A DNA stretch of 64,000 bases, from NCBI GenBank assembly GCA_000146465.1, contig CP001950.1; one strand, 5' to 3'. Numbering within the stretch: the stretch's first letter is position 1; the number at the start of each line of letters is the position of its first letter. The notes below the pieces were generated by a model. The model had not been told where the DNA came from. It searched no databases and worked only from the letters and a program-made list of their open reading frames with translations. The position numbers and the translations under genes are program-made. Below, one piece after another: positions 49,596-59,054 of the stretch.

Positions 49596-50210
49596 ATGGC
49601 CAGTCAAAGAATCCTAAGTGCAGTTGATTCGATCAATAATCTTCTAAAGGCCCTGCCATTCAGGCCGTCTGTTAGAAGATGCCACGATTCATTTGTTCCG
49701 AAAGAAATGGTTGGGCTTCTAAGAAAGAGAGCATTGGAAAGTACTCTTCCTATCCTTAAGGAAATCATAGACGGCATTAAGCTTGGACAGAAGAAGGAGG
49801 ATATCATAGATGACCGAGAAATATGTAGCAGAAGAGAATTTGCAACAGGGCAGCTCCGGCACCTGAGACTTTCCATGGAAAGTGAATTTGAAGAGGGCAG
49901 AATCAACAAGATCAAGGATCTTCTCAACGAAATCGAATATTATGAAAAAATAGGAGTGAAGCCTATCAAGAAAATAAATGTTGGAAAGGAGATGACCTTG
50001 AAGATTTTCCAAATGCTGTCCTGCAGTGGAGAAGCACCAATGGATCCCTACATCGGAGAATACCTAGGGAGGAGGATCTGTTTTTTCCATGAGTCCCCTT
50101 CGGAAATCGAAATTTCGTCTCTGAGGACAATGTTAAGGTTTCTTCAGGAGAGTGGAGGGGAGACAGCTGGAAGGAGAGGAGAGGATCAGGCTTACGAGGA
50201 TCTGGAATAA
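49596..50210 (+). CDS. Hypothetical protein (~200 aa)
   Basis: ORF with in-frame ATG (MASQRIL); no recognised domain. Confidence 0.35.
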   Translation: MASQRILSAVDSINNLLKALPFRPSVRRCHDSFVPKEMVGLLRKRALESTLPILKEIIDGIKLGQKKEDIIDDREICSRREFATGQLRHLRLSMESEFEEGRINKIKDLLNEIEYYEKIGVKPIKKINVGKEMTLKIFQMLSCSGEAPMDPYIGEYLGRRICFFHESPSEIEISSLRTMLRFLQESGGETAGRRGEDQAYEDLE

Positions 50211-50265
50211 AGTTTAATATAGTCTTTCTTTTCGAATAGGCTTAGGATACAAAGCTCTAACTTGT

Positions 50266-50913
50266 TTAGCCAGCCCCGTTGACCACCACACGCTTGTTTC
50301 TTAGAGATGCTGTGTTCATTCCCACCCTTGTCTTCTCGACAAAGTTGGGTCTCTTTGGTGGTGGTGTCTCTATGTTGATTGAGGTGGCAATTCTTATGAG
50401 TATGAGGTTGAGCAGGTTCAAGCATAGCGACGGAATGGCTATGGTGATGTAGTAGTATTTGATCATTGAGATGTTCTTCATGATTATTCTAGTGCATGTC
50501 ATCTGGTTGGTGCACTCCATGAAATACAGGATTATGTTTCTGACAGATGCATTGTTGTAGAGTCTTCCTAACTGCCTGGAAACATCGGACTGGTAGCCTA
50601 TCCTAACATAAAGAAGCATTGTTATCAACATAAAAAGTAAAAGCACGCCGGTCAAAAGATACAGTTTCATGTACAGCCTGGTCTTACTATTGATTCCGCA
50701 GCTTGCAAACAATCCCAGAGTTATGTTTGCCATCGAGGTACTTCTGAATATTGTAGTCACCCCTCTGATCCCCATTCTGAGATGCTCAGACTCCATCCGT
50801 ACAAACATCAGATGAGGAATGAGGAAGAATGGTAGTGGGATGTTGATTACAATCAGTAGGACGGACACAAGTTGGCTGAGAGACCTCACGTTCTTGAATG
50901 CCGTGGTTGTCAT
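50266..50913 (-). CDS. Multi-pass membrane protein of unknown function
   Basis: 4-5 predicted TM helices; ORF divergent to the GPI8 gene. Confidence 0.4.
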   Translation of the reverse strand: MTTTAFKNVRSLSQLVSVLLIVINIPLPFFLIPHLMFVRMESEHLRMGIRGVTTIFRSTSMANITLGLFASCGINSKTRLYMKLYLLTGVLLLFMLITMLLYVRIGYQSDVSRQLGRLYNNASVRNIILYFMECTNQMTCTRIIMKNISMIKYYYITIAIPSLCLNLLNLILIRIATSINIETPPPKRPNFVEKTRVGMNTASLRNKRVVVNGAG

Positions 50914-51045
50914 TGAATGTCAGGCCTCGTTGATTTTTAAGGCCAGGTTCTTCCAATCGGAGCTTTATGCTTTAAGGGGTCACCTTCGATTCGGCCTGGT
51001 AATAAAGGAGAATATGCTTTATCTGCTGTGTTCTTTAAGTTCTCT

Positions 51046-51130
51046 TCTCAAGCCCAACACATGCCCTGAAGCCCAAAATAGATGCCTTCCAGTCCTTAAG
51101 CCCAATATTACGCTATCTCAAGGCCAACCC
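51046..51130. promoter_or_regulatory. Cluster of 4-5 AAG(C/G)CCAA motifs in the divergent intergenic region between the 50913(-) and 51142(+) gene starts
   Basis: caAAGCCCAAcac (51050), tgAAGCCCAAaat (51069), ttAAGCCCAAtat (51098), tcAAGGCCAAccc (51120), plus aAGGCCAGg at ~50940. Confidence 0.3.
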
Positions 51131-51141
51131 CATAGTAGGAA

Positions 51142-51948
51142 ATGTCTCTGGTTTTTCTTTATGCTTTGAGTGTTGCAGCAAAGAACTATGCCATCTTAAT
51201 GAATTCGTCACGGGGATTCCACAACTACAGACATATGGCAAATGTATATATTTTCTACAATGTCCTAAAAGAGAACGGGTTCAAGGACGACCAAATCCTG
51301 ATCATCTCGTACGAGAATCAAATCGAAGACATCCGAAATGTAGACCGGGGTGGAGTTTACATCGATGAGGATCAGAGGATTCCCTACTCTGCATTCACAC
51401 CAAGCAGCAATGCTCTTGCAGATCTTCTTAATGCGCTTGAGGGAAGGAATATCAAGCTGAAGGATGCAGATGAGTCCTCTAATGTCTTTATATATCTCAA
51501 TGGGCATGGAAACGAGACATTCCTGAAGTTTGGAAACATTCACTTTATGACTAAAGATGACTTGATGGCAAGGATATTGAAGTTGGCTGAAAGAGTCAAC
51601 AAGATTCTGCTTGTGCTCGACACGTGCCAGGCCGAAGCTTTAATTGATAGAGAGATTCTGCCTAGTAATGTATTTATAGTGGCCACGAGCAAGACGGGGC
51701 AGCCGGCCATTTCCTCATTTAGCTCATCACTTATATGTGCAAATGTTTCCGATAACTTCCCGTACTTTTTCTTCAAGAGATTTGGAAAGGGGATTGACAG
51801 GAAGATCAGACTTCCCGATCTATTTTCCGAAATTGCCAAAGAGCCTCTTGGATCGGAGCTTGTGTTTGACGAGGAAAAAGACTTCAGGTTTGAGGACTTC
51901 TTTGTGCAAAACAACAGTGCAGAGCTTCTTCCCTTCAAGGAAAGATGA
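51142..51948 (+). CDS. GPI8: GPI-anchor transamidase catalytic subunit Gpi8 (C13 legumain-like peptidase)
   Basis: Signal peptide; NYAILMNSSRGFHNYRHMANV (SRFWFNYRH motif); catalytic-dyad context LNGHG...VLDTCQA. Confidence 0.8.
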   Translation: MSLVFLYALSVAAKNYAILMNSSRGFHNYRHMANVYIFYNVLKENGFKDDQILIISYENQIEDIRNVDRGGVYIDEDQRIPYSAFTPSSNALADLLNALEGRNIKLKDADESSNVFIYLNGHGNETFLKFGNIHFMTKDDLMARILKLAERVNKILLVLDTCQAEALIDREILPSNVFIVATSKTGQPAISSFSSSLICANVSDNFPYFFFKRFGKGIDRKIRLPDLFSEIAKEPLGSELVFDEEKDFRFEDFFVQNNSAELLPFKER

Positions 51949-52009
51949 ATGTGTTCGATTAAAGAATGTAACTTTGTAAGGCTTTTTGAGTTAAAGTATC
52001 GGTCCCCTG

Positions 52010-52846
52010 ATGGAAGAAGAAGGAAACATCTCTGCTTCTAGAGGGAGACCTGACAAGGATAGATGGGACGAGTATAGCATCCTCAACGACAGTTCTTACA
52101 AAGGAGGAGTGACGGATAAAGGAAACTCTCTTGAATGGAAGTCATTTGAAAAAGAAGAATGTGTCTTCTCGGAAGAGTTGCCAGAAAAGATAGAGGGTTT
52201 GCAGGAAGAGGAGGGATCTAGGGAGAAGAAAAAAGACTGGGATGGAGAGATCAGGAAGGGGAATGATAATCCCATAAGGCCAAGGAAATATGTTGCAAGT
52301 AATACCGAGTATGATAGGGGAGAAAAAGGAAGCCCAACTTCGGAGGAAGCCAAAAAGGAGATCCTCTTGGAGAATCTGGGGGTTCATCAAAACATTTCAA
52401 AGCAGAGATATGAAGAGCATATAAGGAAGTTAAGGGCGGCAAGCGATAAGTACACGGGGGAAGGAGAAGAAGTAGAGGATTTGGTAGGGGCTCGGAAAGC
52501 ACAGACAGAAAAAGAAGAGAATATGAGAAGGGCCCTCAAGATACAAGAGAACGATCTTTGGATCAAGGACCAAGAGATTGTCTTACTTCGAGAAAAGGTG
52601 GCAAGACTTGAAATGAAGATGGAAATTGAAGGGAAGGAGTATATAGAGAAGTGTATCCAAAGGGGAGAGGCAGCCGTGAAGATTCTAGAGGAAGAAATGA
52701 AGAAGGAACGAAGGGAGCTTCTGGAGAGGATTGGGCAGGAGACAGAAAAATCAAGGGTGCTATCCCGGAGGGTCGAGGGTCTTAAGAAGATCATCAACGA
52801 GCTGGTTCGCAAGATAAAAAGAATGAAGCAGAGATCGGAGGGGTGA
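52010..52846 (+). CDS. Charged coiled-coil protein of unknown function
   Basis: E/K-rich; long heptad stretches in the C-terminal half. Confidence 0.4.
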   Translation: MEEEGNISASRGRPDKDRWDEYSILNDSSYKGGVTDKGNSLEWKSFEKEECVFSEELPEKIEGLQEEEGSREKKKDWDGEIRKGNDNPIRPRKYVASNTEYDRGEKGSPTSEEAKKEILLENLGVHQNISKQRYEEHIRKLRAASDKYTGEGEEVEDLVGARKAQTEKEENMRRALKIQENDLWIKDQEIVLLREKVARLEMKMEIEGKEYIEKCIQRGEAAVKILEEEMKKERRELLERIGQETEKSRVLSRRVEGLKKIINELVRKIKRMKQRSEG

Positions 52847-52887
52847 GAAGATGGAATGAAGAGATAGAGGAGGATGGATAACCCCAA

Positions 52888-53409
52888 ATGTTTGAATCGG
52901 AATACTTCAAGAATCTTCTGAATGAAACTACGGCGTTGATAGCCAACAAAGTGGAGGAGGGAAACAACAGAGAAGAGATGGAGGCCCGGATCGAGAGCAA
53001 CGTGGCAACATTGAAGTATCTTGCAAGGGAAATAACAGACAGAGATCTGCAAAGCAAAACACTGAAGAGAATAGACATGCTGTGTCTCGAGCCCGAGGAG
53101 TTTGAAATGAGTGATGTTAGAAACAGGACAGTGGGAGCTAGAGGTAGTGAGCATTCGGACAGAATGGAAAGAGATATCCTCAAGTACACAAAAAGACTAC
53201 GTGGGAAGGTCAAGGAATTTATGGAAAGCGTTGATATGGACAGTAGGGTGCTGGAAGAGGTGACCGACAAAATGTCCAAGAATCTGGCAGGGACATCTTC
53301 TACACTGAAGTCCTTGAAGATAGAGGGATGTAGGATTCCAATTCTGGGCCTTCTTACCTCTGTTACAGCAGTCTTTGTTGTGATGTACTTTGTCATAAGA
53401 TTTCTGTAG
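52888..53409 (+). CDS. Tail-anchored SNARE-like protein (Use1/Sec20/Bos1-type topology)
   Basis: Cytosolic coiled-coil followed by a single C-terminal TM (ILGLLTSVTAVFVVMYFVIRFL) and a 1-residue tail. Confidence 0.4.
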   Translation: MFESEYFKNLLNETTALIANKVEEGNNREEMEARIESNVATLKYLAREITDRDLQSKTLKRIDMLCLEPEEFEMSDVRNRTVGARGSEHSDRMERDILKYTKRLRGKVKEFMESVDMDSRVLEEVTDKMSKNLAGTSSTLKSLKIEGCRIPILGLLTSVTAVFVVMYFVIRFL

Positions 53410-53450
53410 AAGATAATGTTTAATGGAAGTCTGCTACTAAATTTGTTGTT

Positions 53451-53909
53451 TTATATGTCGTCTTGGAAGTCTTCTTTACTTCTTCTTCGCTCCAGGAATA
53501 TCTCTTTTCCTGTTTTCCCTGTCCTCGGCTTTTCTGCTCTGGGAGTTCCCTTCTTCCAGTTCATAAAGTCCTCCTCGGTTATCTTCTGCTTATCGTCTAT
53601 GTTGTAGCTGATTGATATTCTCTTTACATCACTCACTATGTTGCTTCCTTCCAGCTTCCTGACAACTATTCTAACCATATCGAAGATCATAGGTGTCGAG
53701 ATGTACTTCTTTGTCTCCTCTCTTACTTCTGCTAATATGTTGTCTTCCACATCCGATGACATCTCTGGAATGGTGTTGGGGTAGCCTTCTGAGCATCGGA
53801 ACTCAAAGGAGTTCCCCTCAGCAGATATCTTGTAGACATGCTCTGTGTCCCTTGTGTAGTGTTCCAAATCGCCTCCAAAAATATATCTCAAAGCATCGCA
53901 CTCATCCAT
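53451..53909 (-). CDS. RWD-domain / DFRP-domain protein (Gir2/RWDD1-like, DRG2 partner)
   Basis: RWD-like start MDECDALRYIFGGD...FEFRCSEGYPNTIPE and C-terminal DFRP-like FMNWKK...GKTGKEIFLE; the upstream 270 nt of the track ORF are likely untranslated. Confidence 0.5.
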   Translation of the reverse strand: MDECDALRYIFGGDLEHYTRDTEHVYKISAEGNSFEFRCSEGYPNTIPEMSSDVEDNILAEVREETKKYISTPMIFDMVRIVVRKLEGSNIVSDVKRISISYNIDDKQKITEEDFMNWKKGTPRAEKPRTGKTGKEIFLERRRSKEDFQDDI

Positions 53910-54071
53910 GGGGTATTCCCATCGAGCCTTCTTCTCCAGACACTGATATTTAGTCTGTCTGTCTTTTCTATCTAATAAAGTGTTTTTATTAAACTCTATA
54001 GCTGTTCTCGCCAAGCATATTCTATTTATAGAAACCAATTCTTTATATAATCTAAGCCGTTGTTTGTACAG

Positions 54072-55571
54072 ATGGAAAACACAAGATGGATAAAAGCTGA
54101 AATTAAAAATGTAAACGATGGCTCTGTAGCCAGAGAAGTCTTGGCCAACGAGACAAATTCCTTTGTCAGAGAACTCAATCACTATGAAAAAAATCTTAAG
54201 GATATTCTTGAAGAACTAGAGAATCAAAACATAACTAACAAGGAAGAAGGAATTTCGTCCGTTAAGAAAGCCTTGGAGGTGTTAGAAACTCTTGAAAAAG
54301 ATGTCAGCTCAGCAGTTCCTGAAGAGACATCTATTTGGACGAAAGACTTTTTCAAAGCTGTTGATAGACTAAGAGATAGTTGTAATCTATCACTCAAGTC
54401 ACTTGAGGAGGCTCTTGAAAAATTTCTGGCCTATATTGATAATAACTCGGATCTAAAGGGAGATCTTTTGCAGAAGGCCAAGCTCATTCCCCTTCTGTGT
54501 GCATCTAGCAAGCTTAAAGAATTTTCTTCGGGTATAAGGAAGTCGGGGACCAATGCCTTTACGTGGTTTTTTAAGTTTGTTAGAAGGATTCCCGTCGAGA
54601 ATTTCAAGAAGAACATTAACTCGAGCTTAAATGGCCTAAAGGAAAAGATTTGCCGTGTATCTGGATCCCAAAGAGCAACAGGGAAGCAAGAAATCCGGGA
54701 GGCACAGAAGATTGTGGATTCTTTTTTACGCGATGTAACCGAACTTCAGGATGAATATGAGAAAACTCTTGGCCTTCTTATAAGATCGGAGATATCCTTT
54801 TCAGATGCATTTGAGACTATGCAGGGAAAGATAAGTAACTTTGATGGCCACATGAGTGATCTGGAAAAGAAGATTAAAGACATCGAAACAGCTTTCCAAC
54901 CCATCCTTCTTTCCAAGGAATCCCACGAAAGATCGTTGCCTGAAGATAGTTTTCTTAAGAACATATATCTTGTGTTGATAATTGTGTTATGCATACAGGG
55001 TGTTCTCTGGTACACAGACAATGAAAAGTCTTCTGCTGGAACTGTGTGGAACATGGTAGTGTACTCTGTGGCAGTTGTGGGGACGATTCTGTACATGGCC
55101 TGGGTGTGGGGATTTGGCGGAAGGAGATGGACTAGTGCTGCGAGCATGGTACCTATGATGGTTGGGCTTCTGAATTTGGGGAAGAGGGTGAGCTGTGAGT
55201 ACGGGATGGAGATGGCAGGGCTTGGGTTTGTAATGGTTTGTATGGAGAGTCTTGCAAGACACGGGATGTCATCATGGGAGATTTTGGCAGGATTGATCGG
55301 AAATGGAATTGTAGTGATGGGATGGGTCAGTTGGGCTACAATGAGGGATAGATATGGAGAGAGGATGAGCCAGTGGATGTGTGGGGGACTTATTGTGTTT
55401 GGAATTCTCATGGCTGTGATGATGTATATGAAGGAAGGGAGAAATGTGGAAAGGAGCACTGGAAGTTATATGGTGTTTATTATGACAGTGGTTGTTGGAA
55501 CAGCTGTGTCTTATGCATGTGGAAAGGATTACAGACAACTTGCATCTAAGAGAATGTCTCTGAAATCTTGA
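54072..55571 (+). CDS. Lineage-specific coiled-coil + 7-TM membrane protein (full-length member of the duplicated family)
   Basis: ~250 aa heptad-rich N-domain then 7 predicted TM helices; paralogous to 63410-> (N-domain) and 3530-4315 (TM domain, 98% nt identity). Confidence 0.6.
   Translation: MENTRWIKAEIKNVNDGSVAREVLANETNSFVRELNHYEKNLKDILEELENQNITNKEEGISSVKKALEVLETLEKDVSSAVPEETSIWTKDFFKAVDRLRDSCNLSLKSLEEALEKFLAYIDNNSDLKGDLLQKAKLIPLLCASSKLKEFSSGIRKSGTNAFTWFFKFVRRIPVENFKKNINSSLNGLKEKICRVSGSQRATGKQEIREAQKIVDSFLRDVTELQDEYEKTLGLLIRSEISFSDAFETMQGKISNFDGHMSDLEKKIKDIETAFQPILLSKESHERSLPEDSFLKNIYLVLIIVLCIQGVLWYTDNEKSSAGTVWNMVVYSVAVVGTILYMAWVWGFGGRRWTSAASMVPMMVGLLNLGKRVSCEYGMEMAGLGFVMVCMESLARHGMSSWEILAGLIGNGIVVMGWVSWATMRDRYGERMSQWMCGGLIVFGILMAVMMYMKEGRNVERSTGSYMVFIMTVVVGTAVSYACGKDYRQLASKRMSLKS
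54803..55551. repeat. Source/partner copy of the 3514-4262 duplication
   Basis: 98% identity, colinear. Confidence 0.9.
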
Positions 55572-55834
55572 ATGCAAGATGTCAAATCTTTAAAGTAATC
55601 AAAAACACAAAACAGAAAACCTCTAAAAGCTAGCTATCCTTTTTTTCTTGGATGTTTAGTAGTCTAGGTGTATTGGGCAATTGCATCAAGGATGAACCAA
55701 ACGGACACCAACTTCCAATCACTTCATGGAATACTATATTTCCAAAAAAGGCACATTCCTCAGTGAACCTGTTAAGTTTTTTTCTAATCATCTTTTTAAC
55801 CCGTTGTATAAACCAGGGACTCTAGGAAACCCTT

Positions 55835-56620
55835 ATGATTAGCATTTTATTCCTTGGCCATGCAGAAGCCGCAACGGGTATCCCTTCAGATCTCTGGGAT
55901 TCAGTAAACTACTATAGCCTCCTTTTGCCAAAGAGGCCTGAAGTGGCCTTGATCTTGTTTGTTGCGGGCCTCTTTGTGAATTTTCTGGGGATTCGTGCAA
56001 AAAGATGCTCTCTGTCTATGATCTCGTTCCCTTTACTTCGTCTGAGCATTGGAAGCATAATGAATGTGCTAAAGGAAATAGTTATAGATAAATATGGAAG
56101 CATATCCGAGGCTCCCCAGATGGTTAGGAATGGGCTTGAGATACTAAAGAAGGTGGACGAGAACAGATTCTTCATGATCTTTCTGTCTGTTGTTCTTGGG
56201 CTTGTGATGGTTTTCTTTGCCAAGGCTGTAATATACATCTTGATGGTATATCTTGCATTCCATCTGTGGGGAATACTGGAATCATCTGCCCAGGGGACAA
56301 TGGAAGGGAAACTGTATTACATTTACCAAACAATAATGTTATGCATTGGGATCTTGGTTCTGGTTCTTGTAAAGCCAATCACCTTCTTAATCTACATCCT
56401 CATCTTCTCTGTGTTTGGATCTCTCTTCATCATAGTCGGAGCCAATTTTGGATCTGGATTGAACCTCCATCTAAATCAATACATCGATATGCTTCGAAAA
56501 GGAGACTTCTATCAAGATCTGGTTGAGAATAAGATCTCTGTAGGATATATCTCCCTCGTGACGATGGGGACTATTTGCCAGATACTTCTTAGGAAGAAGC
56601 CCACGGCGAAGGCAAACTAA
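55835..56620 (+). CDS. Membrane protein with two long hydrophobic hairpins (reticulon-homology-like; tentative)
   Basis: Two ~35-45 aa hydrophobic segments separated by a hydrophilic loop; no motif-level confirmation. Confidence 0.35.
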   Translation: MISILFLGHAEAATGIPSDLWDSVNYYSLLLPKRPEVALILFVAGLFVNFLGIRAKRCSLSMISFPLLRLSIGSIMNVLKEIVIDKYGSISEAPQMVRNGLEILKKVDENRFFMIFLSVVLGLVMVFFAKAVIYILMVYLAFHLWGILESSAQGTMEGKLYYIYQTIMLCIGILVLVLVKPITFLIYILIFSVFGSLFIIVGANFGSGLNLHLNQYIDMLRKGDFYQDLVENKISVGYISLVTMGTICQILLRKKPTAKAN

Positions 56621-56682
56621 ATGCCTCTGGGAAAGGAATTCATTTCTATATTAAAAGTTTTGGTATAATTTAATTGCCTTCC

Positions 56683-57795
56683 TCAGCACGGTGGATAAAA
56701 GCATCCAAAAAGAATTGCATATGCTATTCCAAATCCAAAGTAGAACCTGAACAGAACTTTTTTCCAGAGTCCGTTATTCATTGTGTAGTATTTTTCTGCC
56801 AGAATCCAATATATTAGAGGATTGAACGAGACAAATCTAAAGTACATGTTCCAATGAATCAAGAATACTGTGATAAGAGTTTGAGCCAGAAGGACAACCG
56901 CACACATGTCTGTGTTGAAGTGCTGAAGGATGCCAATGGCCTTGGAACTCCCTGCACATCTTTTGTTCCAGTACTCTCTGAGAATAAACAAAGAAATCAG
57001 GATGAATGGAAGCCCAACCAATACATTGGGGATGTTCTTGTATGTGAAGAATCGGAATAGTCCTTGTTCCCACAGGGTCCTCTGTATGAAAGAATAAGGA
57101 ATGAAGATTTTGTAGGTATTGTTAGCTCTGTTGATCATAAGCAGGGTGTAGTATTGAAATGCAGCAAGTGGAAGTAGAAATACAGCGATTTTTGTGAATG
57201 TATATCTACTTAAAGGACACATGAGAAATGGAGCAAATAAAACCGCATTCGATCTGCACAGGCCGCACAAAGACAAAAACAACACTCCGCGAACAGTGTC
57301 TCTGTTTTCTATGAAATACATTCCCAAGAGAAAGAGAAGCATGAACAAGGATTCCGAATACATGGCTGTGTACACTATAGATGCCGGGTTGAAAATGAAG
57401 AGGATACAGCTCATCGCTGCTATTTTGTTTCCGTACCTTTTTTGGGTGATCCTGTAGAGCAATGCAGAACTAAAGACAAAGGCTGTACACGAGACAAGAA
57501 CTCCCACTGTGTATGGATCTAGTGGAAGAACCTTGTGGATACAGCGGGATAGATACGGAAGAAGGGGAAAGAATGCAGCCTCATGGGTTTTCCTGTATCC
57601 TCTCTCCATGATCTCTAGGAAGTGAATGGAGTCCCACGAAAGGAGAAATTTCATACATGAGTTGCTGGGAATAAGTTCTGTGGATTTGTCAAAGCGAGGA
57701 AGAAGGAGATATGCAACATATGAGATACCTATGTAGAAGGCACGAGAGGCTGCTGCCAACCTGATTACTCCTTGAATGTTCGTGGCGAATGGCAT
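56683..57795 (-). CDS. GPI18: GPI mannosyltransferase 2 (PIG-V / Gpi18)
   Basis: FLLSWDSIHFLEIMERGY....EAAFFPLLPYLSR matches the PIG-V F.WD..YF..IA..GY...AFFPL.P motif block; multi-TM. Confidence 0.7.
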   Translation of the reverse strand: MPFATNIQGVIRLAAASRAFYIGISYVAYLLLPRFDKSTELIPSNSCMKFLLSWDSIHFLEIMERGYRKTHEAAFFPLLPYLSRCIHKVLPLDPYTVGVLVSCTAFVFSSALLYRITQKRYGNKIAAMSCILFIFNPASIVYTAMYSESLFMLLFLLGMYFIENRDTVRGVLFLSLCGLCRSNAVLFAPFLMCPLSRYTFTKIAVFLLPLAAFQYYTLLMINRANNTYKIFIPYSFIQRTLWEQGLFRFFTYKNIPNVLVGLPFILISLFILREYWNKRCAGSSKAIGILQHFNTDMCAVVLLAQTLITVFLIHWNMYFRFVSFNPLIYWILAEKYYTMNNGLWKKVLFRFYFGFGIAYAILFGCFYPPC

Positions 57796-57861
57796 TCCAA
57801 TAGGGGAGCATCTTGGAATTTGTTTATCTCAACTTGTAAATTTTACAAGGTTACACACCCC

Positions 57862-58683
57862 ATGTTTGTTTTTCTTCTCCACCTGCTCGGATGTTTGTGC
57901 AGCGAACATGTCTTTATACAAGAGGCGTCGCTACTGTCGCCATATGTAGATGAGATTGGCAGGTTCCTCAACTGGAAGACATTTGGGGAGCAAGTAATAA
58001 AGGTCCATGGAAAGGATATGTTTGTACAGTTAGGATACTCGTCTCCAAATAGCTCTGGGGCTGTTGTGGCATCTCACCCCATAGGTTCTGAGAGGTTTGG
58101 GATGGATCTGATTATTGAGGTGGACTCTGGACAGAAAGGGGACACCAACGAGGGAATGGCCATATGGATATCTGATGAGGAAACGTTTAAGGAGGGGCCT
58201 TGTTTTGGGAGGTCATGTAGTTTCAAAGGCCTTTTGGTTGTCATAAAGCCCTCTGGAAAGTCTTATGTTGGGGTGAAGGCTGGTGATGTTATGATCAACA
58301 CCAGTAATATGGCCAAGAATTTTGACAAGGTTGAATACAGAGACTTTTCCTCTGGAGAGAAATTCGTTCTTAGAATTGAGCAAAAGGATTATGAGCTGTC
58401 TATATATATAGGAGAGGGGGAAGACTTCTCTCTTGTGCATTCTTACAGATACAATCTTGTAAAGGAAGGAGACCTTCTTGGGGTTTCTGCATCAACGGAC
58501 AGATCGTCGACTTCATTCAGGTTGATTGGAATTGAAAGTTACCATCTAAAGAACATGGAGGGCAAGGGATATGCAAAGGAAGATGTACACAGCGGTGGAA
58601 GACTTATTTGGTTTATCCTTGCAGTTGTAGTTTCAATAACCGCATACTACCTCTACAACATCCAAGTAAAAAAGGATAATTAA
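57862..58683 (+). CDS. L-type (legume-like) lectin cargo receptor (ERGIC-53/Emp46-like), type I membrane protein
   Basis: Signal peptide (MFVFLLHLLGCLC), lectin core (GMAIWISDEE...FKGLLVVIKP) and a C-terminal TM + short tail; CCCC upstream of ATG. Confidence 0.6.
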   Translation: MFVFLLHLLGCLCSEHVFIQEASLLSPYVDEIGRFLNWKTFGEQVIKVHGKDMFVQLGYSSPNSSGAVVASHPIGSERFGMDLIIEVDSGQKGDTNEGMAIWISDEETFKEGPCFGRSCSFKGLLVVIKPSGKSYVGVKAGDVMINTSNMAKNFDKVEYRDFSSGEKFVLRIEQKDYELSIYIGEGEDFSLVHSYRYNLVKEGDLLGVSASTDRSSTSFRLIGIESYHLKNMEGKGYAKEDVHSGGRLIWFILAVVVSITAYYLYNIQVKKDN

Positions 58684-58706
58684 CTTCTAGTCCTTCTATT
58701 CTATAG

Positions 58707-59054
58707 TCTTTAAGCTGTACTTAATCATCCAACACCCCGAATTTGGAACTTCGGAAATATTCTCCCAACCGGTGCCAAATAGAACAAGAGGTCTTTCTAC
58801 AAGGAGAGGTGGCAGTCCAGTGGAGGATCTCCTCGAAAACTACTTCTAGTTGGGTAGATTCGAGAGTAGCCATTGTTGGCTTGATCCCACCAGACAAAGG
58901 GGCAGGGTAGATCCTATTTCGTGTGGGCCCTTTGGATGGAAGGGCCTGGAGAGCAGCGGAGGGCATGTGTTCTCCGGCAATAGAGGGCCCTGGTGAATTC
59001 ATCGAGTTCCTGAAGCCCCTGATGATTGAAAGTCCTGCAATAAAAAAGTTTATT
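58707..59054. repeat. Source/partner copy of the 3166-3513 duplication (promoter + 5' end of the Itc1-like gene)
   Basis: 97% identity, colinear. Confidence 0.9.

Noticed and set aside
43960-55670. Shared 13-mer ggatgtttagtag at ~43965 and ~55655
   Set aside because: Tens of 13-mer coincidences are expected by chance in a 64-kb window, and there is no extended homology around either copy.
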